Of a DNA stretch of 61,844 nucleotides, positions 54,236-61,844 are shown one piece after another. A program made the position numbers and the translations under genes. How positions within the stretch are numbered: the stretch's first letter is position 1; each line of letters opens with the position of its first letter. Source of the stretch: Alphaproteobacteria bacterium (lineage in GTDB: Bacteria; Pseudomonadota; Alphaproteobacteria; CAISOG01). Under the pieces are notes generated by a model, which saw only the letters and a program-made list of their open reading frames with translations, was not told the origin of the DNA and ran no database searches. The stretch covers positions 1 through 61,844 of the forward strand of contig JBILMH010000004.1 of the NCBI GenBank assembly GCA_044375625.1, written 5' to 3'.

Positions 54236-54940
54236 ATGCGTGAATTGGTGTTGGATACCGAAACAACAGGGCTGGATCCCCATAGTGGCCACCGCCTGGT
54301 GGAAATTGGGGTGGTTGAGATGATGCACGGGGTTTGCACCGGCGGGCATTTTCACAAATATCTGAATCCTGAGCGTTCGGTACCGGCTGAGGTGGTGGCG
54401 GTGCACGGATTGGACGATGCCTTTTTGGCCGACAAACCTTTGTTTGCAACGGTGGTTGAGGAGTTTTTGCAGTTTTTGGGCAGCGATCGCCTGGTCATCC
54501 ACAACGCCGAATTTGACCTGAAATTCCTGAACGCCGAACTGGCGCTGTTGGGTCATCCGCCGCTGAACAATCCGGTGGTGGACACCGTGCGGCTGGCGCG
54601 GGCGCAATTTGGCAGTGCCCCCGCCAATCTGGATGCGCTGTGCCGTCGGTTCGGCGTCGACAACCGCAACCGTGATAAACATGGCGCGCTGTTGGATGCC
54701 CAATTGCTGACCGAGGTTTATGGCCACCTGCTGGGCGGGCCGCAAGTCACCCTGGACTTTGTTGGCGGCACCACAACGGGTGCGGGCGGCGGCCAGGGCT
54801 ATATTTCCTTAGCCGAGCAAGCCAATAAGCCGTTGCGGCAAACCCTGAACCGTCCCGCTAATGATCAGGAGCTGGCAGCGCACCAACAGCTGCTGACCAG
54901 GCTAAAAAACCCGCTATGGAATTCCGCCGCACAGAGTTAG
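54236..54940 (+). CDS. dnaQ: DNA polymerase III subunit epsilon (3'-5' exonuclease)
   Basis: LVLDTETTGLDP (ExoI), IHNAEFDLKFL (ExoII) and HGALLDAQLLTEVY (ExoIII). Confidence 0.93.
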   Translation: MRELVLDTETTGLDPHSGHRLVEIGVVEMMHGVCTGGHFHKYLNPERSVPAEVVAVHGLDDAFLADKPLFATVVEEFLQFLGSDRLVIHNAEFDLKFLNAELALLGHPPLNNPVVDTVRLARAQFGSAPANLDALCRRFGVDNRNRDKHGALLDAQLLTEVYGHLLGGPQVTLDFVGGTTTGAGGGQGYISLAEQANKPLRQTLNRPANDQELAAHQQLLTRLKNPLWNSAAQS

Positions 54941-54954
54941 GCCAGATCCCCGCG

Positions 54955-55962
54955 TTAAAATTTCACAGGTGCAGCCCGATTCTTGTGCGTTCTCAAAAGA
55001 GAGAAGACAATACCTGAAGCCAATATCCCAACCGTAATCGAAAGGGAAATTACCGAATCCACTTTACCGATAAGATGGCTCCAGAAGATTTTCCCACCAA
55101 TGAAGATCAGAACAGCAGAAAGGGCATATTTGAGGTAAACAAAACGGTGCATCATAGCCGCAAGCGCAAAATACAGCGCCCGCAGTCCCAGAATAGCAAA
55201 AATATTGCTGGTATAAACTATATAAGGATCGGTAGTAATGGCAAAAATAGCCGGTATGGAATCCACCGCAAAAACAAGATCAACCAATTCAACCATAACG
55301 AGGGCGAGGAACAGGGGCGTTGCAAACCTTACCAATTTCCCCGTTTTGGGATCAATTTGTTTAACAAAAAAACGTTTCCCATGAAATTCTTCTGTAACAC
55401 GGAGTTTTGAGCGCAAAAACTTAATGACCTTATTCTCACCCATATCCTTTTCATGACCACTGACAATCAGCATCTTAATGCCCGTAACGACAAGAAAAGC
55501 GCCGAATATATAAAGAATCCAACTGAATTGGCTGACAAGAGATGCCCCAACGCCAATCAATATCCCGCGCAAGACGATAACACCCAAAATGCCCCAGAAC
55601 AAAACGCGATGCTGATACAGCTTTGGAACCGCAAAATATGAGAATATCAATGAGATAACAAAAATGTTATCAAGAGCCAGTGTCTTTTCAACAAAGAATC
55701 CCGTCATGTAATTGATGCCAGACTCTGCCCCCATTTGCCACCATACCCAACCTCCAAATAACAGGGCGATGACGATATACCCCGCACTCATCCACAGGCT
55801 TTCTTTAACGCCAATCTCATGATCATCTTTATGAAGAACGCCCAGATCAAGGGCAAGAAGCGTAATGACGACCCCCGCGAATATCAACCAAACCCACGCA
55901 TCTTTTCCAAGAAAATCAGCCTGCAAAATATTCATTAAAAAGTCAAACATGACTAAGTCCAA
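54955..55962 (-). CDS. TerC family integral membrane protein
   Basis: Multi-TM protein with EKTLALDNIFVISLIF and VELVDLVFAVDSIPAIFAIT, the two TerC repeat motifs. Low G+C. Confidence 0.85.
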   Translation of the reverse strand: MDLVMFDFLMNILQADFLGKDAWVWLIFAGVVITLLALDLGVLHKDDHEIGVKESLWMSAGYIVIALLFGGWVWWQMGAESGINYMTGFFVEKTLALDNIFVISLIFSYFAVPKLYQHRVLFWGILGVIVLRGILIGVGASLVSQFSWILYIFGAFLVVTGIKMLIVSGHEKDMGENKVIKFLRSKLRVTEEFHGKRFFVKQIDPKTGKLVRFATPLFLALVMVELVDLVFAVDSIPAIFAITTDPYIVYTSNIFAILGLRALYFALAAMMHRFVYLKYALSAVLIFIGGKIFWSHLIGKVDSVISLSITVGILASGIVFSLLRTHKNRAAPVKF

Positions 55963-56029
55963 AATTCTTTTAAGTTGTTGATTTTTTCAATATTGCTTTA
56001 CTTGGGCGGCACGCCAAAATAAATCAGGA

Positions 56030-56419
56030 TTAGAAGTCAAAAATATCCATTATTCTGGACATTTTGCCATGTTTCTTGCGATCATGGTCATGGCTGCTAC
56101 GACCATAACGATCATCATCGTCATCATACCCTCTATCGCGGGATCGAGTATGGCGATCATCCTCTCTATGGCCAGCAGAATAGGCTTGGTCATGCGCTGG
56201 CTCTTCCTTCAAAATGGCCATAAGCTTCTCAAGCTCACCTTTATCAAGCCATATACCCCCCGAAGTTGGGCACACGTCGATTTCAATCCCAAAACGATGA
56301 ATCTGCTTCATCGGCGATCCATCAATGGGGGATATTAATAAGGGCATTTCTGTAAACCCTGCGGGCAAGTTTTTGTGATTTACCAGGTTATCCAGCTGTT
56401 TTGAAATGACTTTCTCCAC
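56030..56419 (-). CDS. zf-TFIIB-type zinc-ribbon domain protein with Asp/His/Arg-rich tail
   Basis: IDVCPTSGGIWLDKGELEKL is the characteristic core of this small zinc-ribbon family. The tail HDHDRKKHGKMSRIMDIFDF is typical of its C-terminus. Confidence 0.7.
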   Translation of the reverse strand: MEKVISKQLDNLVNHKNLPAGFTEMPLLISPIDGSPMKQIHRFGIEIDVCPTSGGIWLDKGELEKLMAILKEEPAHDQAYSAGHREDDRHTRSRDRGYDDDDDRYGRSSHDHDRKKHGKMSRIMDIFDF

Positions 56420-56440
56420 AGCTGGAATCCTGATGGTGTT

Positions 56441-56935
56441 TTAGGCGGTGCCAGGCTCATGCCCGCTTTCCATCCCCTCAATCTTGGCTTGGTCGCCTTT
56501 TTGGGCATACAGGCCATCAAAATCGATGGGGTGAATCAACAGCGGGGGATAGCCAGCATCGCGGGTCGCGTTGGCGATAATCGAACGGGCAAAGGGGAAC
56601 AGCAGGCGGGGACAATCCACGAACAGGGTCGGGTGAATTTCTGCCGCAGGCAGACCATCCAGCTGAAAGGTGCCGCCATAGGAAAGTTCGCAGTTAAAGG
56701 CATCTTCATCACCCAATTTGGCCTTAGCCTTCAGGAACAACACCACCTCATACTGGCCAGGGCCCAACAGGCGGGCGGCCACATCAACGCTGACATCCAA
56801 CTGGGGATTTTCGCGCAGGCTGTTCAGCAGGATAAGAGGCGCATTGGGGTTGTCCAGAGCAACACCACGAATATATTGCGCTACAACCGCGACGGAACCG
56901 CCGCCAGCAGGACTGTTGCCTGAAACTGAAGTCAT
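56441..56935 (-). CDS. secB: Protein-export chaperone SecB
   Basis: 164 aa; YIRGVALDNPNAP, VDVSVDVAAR, YEVVLFLKA and LLFPFARSIIANATRDAGYPPLLI. Confidence 0.92.
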   Translation of the reverse strand: MTSVSGNSPAGGGSVAVVAQYIRGVALDNPNAPLILLNSLRENPQLDVSVDVAARLLGPGQYEVVLFLKAKAKLGDEDAFNCELSYGGTFQLDGLPAAEIHPTLFVDCPRLLFPFARSIIANATRDAGYPPLLIHPIDFDGLYAQKGDQAKIEGMESGHEPGTA

Positions 56936-57056
56936 GATAAAGCCTCTTTAGCTAAAAAATACGTTAGAATATGCCCCGTTTGTTAGAGCATTAACCACAA
57001 TCTAAGGATTGAAGGGACTGGTCGCAACCCTTTTGTGCAAAAAAAGCCGCGCCAAT

Positions 57057-57095
57057 AGCCAACACCCACAGCCAACACCCACAGCCAACACCCAC
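57057..57095 (+). repeat. 13-bp tandem repeat (agccaacacccac x3, followed by degenerate copies to ~57121)
   Basis: Read directly. Lies in the divergent secB / tim44-like intergenic region. Confidence 0.8.
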
Positions 57096-57328
57096 CGCCA
57101 ACATCAATAGCCAACAGGTGATTGCCCCGATTATTGGCCGATTATGCCGCACAAAGGTTAACGCTTTCCTGTTGTGGTGCAAGGCAACCCTTGCGTTTTG
57201 ACCCGCTTTGGGTGCAAGCTGTTGGACAGGGGAAAGCAGACAGGAATAGGGATAAGCCCTTAGCATTCCTAACCTCTTGCCCGAACCCGACAGCCCCCAC
57301 CCCAAACAAAAGGCGAACAACCCTTATC

Positions 57329-58060
57329 ATGCTGCTGCTGGAACTGATTATCTATGCCGCGATTGCCGTGTTTATGCTGTGGCGCCTGTACACCCTGTTG
57401 GGCAGCCGCGATGGATTTGATCGGCCGTCGGGCGGCTGGTTTGGCCAGAAATCGCCGGATGGCCAATCGCAAAAAGCTGAGGGCAATGGCAAGGAGGATT
57501 CCACAGGCGATGTCGGTGATGTCATTGATACCACCGCCGAAATTTTACCCAGTGGCACCACCCCCGATGGCAAGTCGCAGGTGTTTCGATCCAGCAGCCT
57601 TAGCGGCACCAAACTGCTGAAAAAATTGGATCCCACCTTTGACCAGGAACGGTTTTTGGCGGGGGCACAGGGGGCTTTTCGCCTGATTGTTGAGGCGTTT
57701 GCTAAGTCGGATTGGCCGGCGTTGCAACCCTATGTCACCCCCACCATGGCGCAGGATTTTCAGGAGGCGCAGCAGGCCTTAATCACCGCCGGCCACCATC
57801 AGGAACAAAAATTGCTGGATATTCGCCAGGCCACCTTAGATCAGGTGTGGATTCAGGGCACCGATGCCTTTATCCGCGTGCGGTTTGTTTCCGAACAAAC
57901 CCTGGTGGTTTACGATGCGCACCAACAGGTTGTTGAGGGGCATCCGACCAACCCGATCGTGCTTGAGGATTTGTGGACCTTCACCCGCCCGCTGGCCAGC
58001 CGTGATTCGCAATGGTGGCTGTCAGCGGTTGATGAACCCGAGGAGGCCGGCGGGGAGTAG
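57329..58060 (+). CDS. Tim44-like domain protein
   Basis: N-terminal TM segment (LLLELIIYAAIAVFMLWRLY), then FDQERFLAGAQGAFRLIVEAFAKSDWPALQPYVTPTMAQDF and WTFTRPLASRDSQWWL. Its position divergent from secB is common in Alphaproteobacteria. The ORF-track start at 57122 is rejected. Confidence 0.8.
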   Translation: MLLLELIIYAAIAVFMLWRLYTLLGSRDGFDRPSGGWFGQKSPDGQSQKAEGNGKEDSTGDVGDVIDTTAEILPSGTTPDGKSQVFRSSSLSGTKLLKKLDPTFDQERFLAGAQGAFRLIVEAFAKSDWPALQPYVTPTMAQDFQEAQQALITAGHHQEQKLLDIRQATLDQVWIQGTDAFIRVRFVSEQTLVVYDAHQQVVEGHPTNPIVLEDLWTFTRPLASRDSQWWLSAVDEPEEAGGE

Positions 58061-58102
58061 GCGGGGGGGCTTTTTTTCTTTATACATGCTACGGTTATAG
58101 AA

Positions 58103-59155
58103 ATGCAGAAACTTATTAAACCACACAAACTAAGTCAGGGAGATAAAGTTGCCGCGATCACTTTATCTTGGGGAGGGCCTGGAGTCTTCCCAGATCGTTT
58201 TGAGGTCGGAAAGCAGCGTCTAGAAGAAATTTTTGGTTTACAGGTTATTCCGACAAAACATGCTCTTAAAGACGCCGAATGGGTTTATCAAAATCCCAAA
58301 GCACGAGCAGACGACTTGACAGAAGCGTTTCTTGACCCCAGCATCAAAGCAATTATTTCAACAATTGGGGGCGATGAATCGATTCGTCTTATCCCTTTCG
58401 TTGATCTTAACATTATCAGGAATAATCCCAAAATATTTATGGGCTATTCTGACACGACCGTGACGCACTTCATGTGCCTTAAAGCTGGCCTAAGTTCTTT
58501 TTATGGTCCAGCCATCATGACTGGTTTTGCCGAAAACACCGCCATGCACAACTATGCAATAAATGGAATCCGTCAAAATTTATTTTCGAATAACTTGATT
58601 GATGAAATTCCTAGAAACACGGATGGCTGGACAACCGAGAATTTGGATTGGTCTGATAAAAAAAATCAAAATACCAAGCGTATTTTAAATGTACCAAATG
58701 AATGGAATTTTATTGGTGACAGAAAAAATATTTCTAAAGGCAGACTTATCGGTGGCTGCGTTGAAGTTATACAGTTTTTAAATAATACTGAGCTTTGGCC
58801 TGATTTGTCTACATGGGATGAAACCATCCTATTCCTTGAAACGTCAGAGGAAGGCATTGAACCTTCTGCTGTTACAAGATTTATGCGTAATTTAGCTGCC
58901 CAAGGTATACTAGAACGCTTAAGCGGTATTTTGTTTAGTAAGCCTGGCGGGCGGAACATGACAGCAGCATGCTTCCCTGAATACGATCAAGCATTATTGA
59001 GTGTGTTTGAGGAATATAAAATGCCTCTAATCCCGATAGTTACAGGCATGGATTTTGGCCACTCCGATCCAATGTGGGTCTTACCCTATGGAGCCATGAC
59101 AGAGATTAATCCAGACAAGAAGACAGTACGAATTTTAGAAAATGCTGTGGAGTAA
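58103..59155 (+). CDS. Peptidase S66 family (LD-carboxypeptidase / MccF-like)
   Basis: LSQGDKVAAITLSWGGP, IFMGYSDTT (nucleophile Ser), ILFLETSEE and MDFGHSDP (catalytic His). Low G+C relative to its flanks. Confidence 0.85.
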   Translation: MQKLIKPHKLSQGDKVAAITLSWGGPGVFPDRFEVGKQRLEEIFGLQVIPTKHALKDAEWVYQNPKARADDLTEAFLDPSIKAIISTIGGDESIRLIPFVDLNIIRNNPKIFMGYSDTTVTHFMCLKAGLSSFYGPAIMTGFAENTAMHNYAINGIRQNLFSNNLIDEIPRNTDGWTTENLDWSDKKNQNTKRILNVPNEWNFIGDRKNISKGRLIGGCVEVIQFLNNTELWPDLSTWDETILFLETSEEGIEPSAVTRFMRNLAAQGILERLSGILFSKPGGRNMTAACFPEYDQALLSVFEEYKMPLIPIVTGMDFGHSDPMWVLPYGAMTEINPDKKTVRILENAVE

Positions 59156-59329
59156 AGTTCCTGGCTCGGATTCAAACCAACACACGCAATTGCATCACTT
59201 CTTGTTGACGGGTGGCGGGTTGGCTGGCTATGGTAGGGGGCATCTGGCGAGGGGGCGGGACGTTCTCTACCCCCCTGCCTGCCTCCATCGCTTTTCACCC
59301 TTTCTATTTTGCTACAAAGGATTTTGACC

Positions 59330-60058
59330 ATGACCCCCAATTCCACCGCTGTCAGCGCTATTGCCAACGCCCTGGACGCCGCCATTCGGCCGCTGAACAT
59401 CCTGGATCACCACCTATACCAATTGTGGAACCATGGTGAACTGCCACGTGAGGTGATCAGCCTGTACGCCCGTCAATACCACCACCATGTTGACGCCTTT
59501 CCCCGTTACATCAGCGCGATTCACAGCAATTGCGCCGACACGGCCGCCCGCCAAATGCTGTTGGAGCATTTGATTGAGGAAGAATCCGAAACCGCCACCA
59601 AATCGAGCCACCCAACCCTGTGGCGTCAATTTGCGACCGGACTGGGCGACAGCCTGGAAGCGGTTGAGGCCGAACGCCCCCTGGCCAACACCAGCGCGCT
59701 GGTACAGCTGTTTTTTGACAAATGCCGCCAATCCTATGCGGCCGGCCTGGGCATTCTGTACGCCTATGAATCCCAAGTGCCCGAAGTCGCCGACTTTAAA
59801 ATTAAGGCGCTGCAAAACTTCTACAACGTGCAAGATGCCCGCACCCTGAGCTTTTTTGAGGTGCACCGTGAGGCCGATGTGCATCACCGCCACGAAATTG
59901 CCAGCCTGATTGCCGCCCTGTCGCCCGCTGAACAGGCGGAGGCTGAGGCCGCCGCGGTGGAGGGCGCCCGCGCCCTGTGGCAATTCCTGGATGGTGTGGC
60001 CGAAGCCGCCAACCTGGATCTGGCCAACATGGATATGAACTGCGCGGTTATGCAATAA
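59330..60058 (+). CDS. CADD / PqqC-like heme-oxygenase-like di-iron oxidase family protein
   Basis: LYARQYHHHVDAFPRYISAI, LLEHLIEEE...HPTLWRQFATGLG, YAYESQVPE and FFEVHREADVHHRHE follow the carboxylate/His ligand pattern of CADD-like proteins. RBS AAAGGA before ATG 59330. Confidence 0.7.
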   Translation: MTPNSTAVSAIANALDAAIRPLNILDHHLYQLWNHGELPREVISLYARQYHHHVDAFPRYISAIHSNCADTAARQMLLEHLIEEESETATKSSHPTLWRQFATGLGDSLEAVEAERPLANTSALVQLFFDKCRQSYAAGLGILYAYESQVPEVADFKIKALQNFYNVQDARTLSFFEVHREADVHHRHEIASLIAALSPAEQAEAEAAAVEGARALWQFLDGVAEAANLDLANMDMNCAVMQ

Positions 60059-60081
60059 CCACCTGACCTAGGCACAAAAAA

Positions 60082-60112
60082 AGGGGCATGAGTCTGAACG
60101 ATTCATGCCCCT
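60082..60112. terminator. Bidirectional rho-independent terminator between convergent genes
   Basis: aggggcatga (60082-60091) pairs with tcatgcccct (60103-60112) around an 11-nt loop. An A-run lies upstream and a T-run downstream. Confidence 0.8.
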
Positions 60113-60153
60113 TTTTGTTAAGAACCCCGTAGCAGATACCGCAGGGAACCTAC

Positions 60154-61844
60154 CTAAACCGCGTATTCCAGCAGGGCGGCGCCGTCGGCTTGTTCCCCTT
60201 CCGCCACCGCGGCATCAAAGCTGGCAATCGCCGCCAGGTTCATGATACCCCGCACCGTCACCGACGCGCTGGCCAGATGGATTGGCTTGGCCGCGCCCAG
60301 CAGGATGGGGCCAATCGGCAACCCCTCCCCCACCACCTTGGTCATGTTATAGGCGATGTTGGCGGCATCCAAATTGGGGAAGATAAACAAATTGGCGCTG
60401 CCCTGCAGGGTGTTTTCGGGATACAGCTGTTGCCGAATCCCCTCCTGCACCGCGGCATCGGCATGCATTTCCCCCTCAATTTCCAGGGTGGGATCCAACA
60501 CCCGCACCCGTTGCAACACCTCACGCATTTTCATCGCGCTGGGGCTATCATCCGTCCCAAAGTTGGAGTGCGACAACAGGGCAACCTTTGGCACAATGCC
60601 AAAATCGCGCACCCGTTGCGCCGCCATCAGGGTAATTTCGGCCAGCTCAGCCGCGCTGGGATCCTGATTGACATAGGTATCGCACCAGAACCAAAAACCT
60701 TTCGGCAACACCAACACATTCAACGCCGCAAACACATTGGCCTTTGGCATCAGGCCAATCACGTTGCGCACCGCCAACAAATGATCGGGATAGCGTCCAT
60801 TAACGCCACAAACCGCGGCGTCCGATTGCCCCGTTTTGACCAGCAGGCAGGCCAACAGGGTCGGATCGCTGCGTACCGCCTGTTTGGCAATCGCGGGCGA
60901 AATGCCGCGCCGTGCCATCAGGTGGTGATACAGCTGTACCAAATGATCCAACCCCTCATTGTCTTCGGGATTGACCAGTTGGCAATCTTGGCCGGGAACA
61001 AAACGCAGCCCCAGGCTGGCCACCATCCGCGCCAAAACAGCGGGACGGCCAATCAGGATTGGCACCGCCAACCCCTCATCCAAAATGCCCTGCACCGCGC
61101 GCAGCACCCGTTCATTCTCCCCCTCGGCAAACACCACCCGTTTTGGCTTTTGACGTGCCTTATCCATCACGGGGCGCATCACCAGGCCGGATCGGAACAC
61201 AAAAGTGCTAAGGCGCTGTTTATAGGCGTCAAAATTCTCAATCGGGCGGGTGGCAACCCCGCTTTCCATCGCTGCCTTGGCAACGGCGGGCGCCAATTCG
61301 GTAATCAACCGCGGATCAAACGGCTTGGGAATGATGTAGTCGGTGCCAAAGGTCAGGGTTTGACCGCTATAGGCATTGGCCACCAGCTCCGACGGCTCCG
61401 CCAGCGCCAAATCGGCCAAGGCCTTTACGCAGGCAATTTTCATGGCATCGTTAATCTGGGTTGCCCCCACATCCAACGCCCCACGGAAAATATAGGGGAA
61501 ACACAGCACGTTGTTAACCTGGTTGGGATAATCGCTGCGCCCCGTCGCAATAATCGCATCGTCCCGCACCGATCGCACGGCATCGGGACGAATCTCCGGA
61601 TCTGGATTGGCCAGCGCCATCACCACCGGCCTGGCGGCCATGGAGGCGACCATATCAGGCTTTACCACCCCCGCCGCCGATAGTCCCAAAAAGACGTCGG
61701 CGCCGATCATCGCCTCACCCAGCGTCCGCATGTCGGTTGGGCGGGCGTAGCGCCCCTTAAACTCATCCATATGCTCCTCACGCCCTTCATGCACCACGCC
61801 GTTCAAATCGGTCAGGACAATGTTGTCGGGGCGCAACCCCATGG
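60154..61844 (-). CDS. maeB: NADP-dependent malic enzyme (MaeB type, with C-terminal phosphate-acetyltransferase-like domain); N-terminus beyond the window
   Basis: ALANPDPEI and NNVLCFPYIFRGALD (malic enzyme NAD-binding domain), followed by a PTA-like domain (VVFAEGENERVL, ALLSHSNFG). The open frame continues to the window edge. Confidence 0.9.
   Translation of the reverse strand, partial: MGLRPDNIVLTDLNGVVHEGREEHMDEFKGRYARPTDMRTLGEAMIGADVFLGLSAAGVVKPDMVASMAARPVVMALANPDPEIRPDAVRSVRDDAIIATGRSDYPNQVNNVLCFPYIFRGALDVGATQINDAMKIACVKALADLALAEPSELVANAYSGQTLTFGTDYIIPKPFDPRLITELAPAVAKAAMESGVATRPIENFDAYKQRLSTFVFRSGLVMRPVMDKARQKPKRVVFAEGENERVLRAVQGILDEGLAVPILIGRPAVLARMVASLGLRFVPGQDCQLVNPEDNEGLDHLVQLYHHLMARRGISPAIAKQAVRSDPTLLACLLVKTGQSDAAVCGVNGRYPDHLLAVRNVIGLMPKANVFAALNVLVLPKGFWFWCDTYVNQDPSAAELAEITLMAAQRVRDFGIVPKVALLSHSNFGTDDSPSAMKMREVLQRVRVLDPTLEIEGEMHADAAVQEGIRQQLYPENTLQGSANLFIFPNLDAANIAYNMTKVVGEGLPIGPILLGAAKPIHLASASVTVRGIMNLAAIASFDAAVAEGEQADGAALLEYAV

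Noticed and set aside
55963-56029. A possible yybP-ykoY (Mn) riboswitch upstream of the TerC gene, since TerC genes often carry one.
   Set aside because: Only 67 nt separate TerC from the upstream zinc-ribbon gene. That is too short for the riboswitch, and I see none of its conserved helices.
344-61683. Numerous long ORFs antisense to, or out of frame with, well-supported genes. Examples are 344..1162 +, 9839..10627 -, 11074..11850 -, 13633..14289 -, 16875..17702 -, 40684..41583 +, 44976..45770 +, 59414..60055 - and 60190..61683 +.
   Set aside because: They lie opposite genes with unmistakable family motifs. They have Arg/Gly/Pro/Ala-heavy compositions typical of open frames in GC-rich DNA, and they lack any recognisable motif or RBS. 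I treat them as GC-driven shadow ORFs.
1-61844. I looked for CRISPR arrays, rRNA genes, integrases or transposases, reverse transcriptases and prophage structural genes.
   Set aside because: I saw no regularly spaced repeat array, no rRNA-like sequence and no ORF with recombinase, RT or phage structural motifs. The only mobile-element signal is the MITE-like repeat and the direct-repeat-flanked cassettes.

Overview
High-GC chromosomal segment, roughly 60% G+C by eye (42/60 in the sampled line 49261-49320). Gene content and order point to an alphaproteobacterium (inference): atpH-atpA-atpG, pdhA / lipoyl-fused pdhB / pdhC / lpdA, rlpA / DD-carboxypeptidase / tmk / holB / metG, dnaQ / secB / tim44-like, hdaA, DUF2066 / purM, purQ-purL, rdgB-hemW, and lpoA-like / yraN / BON. 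Three tRNA genes are present: Pro-GGG, Thr-UGU and Ser-GCU. I saw no rRNA, CRISPR array, integrase or transposase gene.

Compact AT-rich accessory islets interrupt this backbone. Four are bracketed by short direct repeats and encode no recombinase:
- 5147-9068: an acidic-tailed hypothetical protein, a kinase-like protein with degenerate catalytic motifs and a C-terminal membrane anchor, and a 4-TM protein.
- 15138-16269: a zinc-ribbon/DUF4145-like gene next to a GIY-YIG gene and tRNA-Pro.
- 20480-21942: a translationally coupled 2-TM protein plus a DUF2971-like protein, abutting tRNA-Ser.
- 50538-52360: three translationally coupled, very AT-rich genes inserted into the otherwise conserved holB-metG junction. 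A duplicated copy of the holB 3' end flanks them.

The last cassette is my top candidate for an undescribed accessory (defence or toxin-antitoxin-like) system. The 2-gene cassette and the kinase-like island come next.

A ~150-bp element with ~23-bp terminal inverted repeats (MITE-like) occurs twice in opposite orientation, at 14480-14628 and 52432-52581. One copy supplies the stop codon of an ABC-F gene. The other sits just upstream of metG.

Other oddities:
- The atp operon stops after atpG, with no atpD or atpC.
- An orphan PdeM-like protein has degenerate metal-binding motifs.
- An ELM1-like ORF is truncated.
- Low-GC singletons are present: SPFH+DUF3592-like, TerC+zinc-ribbon, and an S66 peptidase.
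- Housekeeping proteins carry many Ala/Gly/Pro/Ser low-complexity inserts.

All family assignments come from motif recognition by eye. No database search was run.
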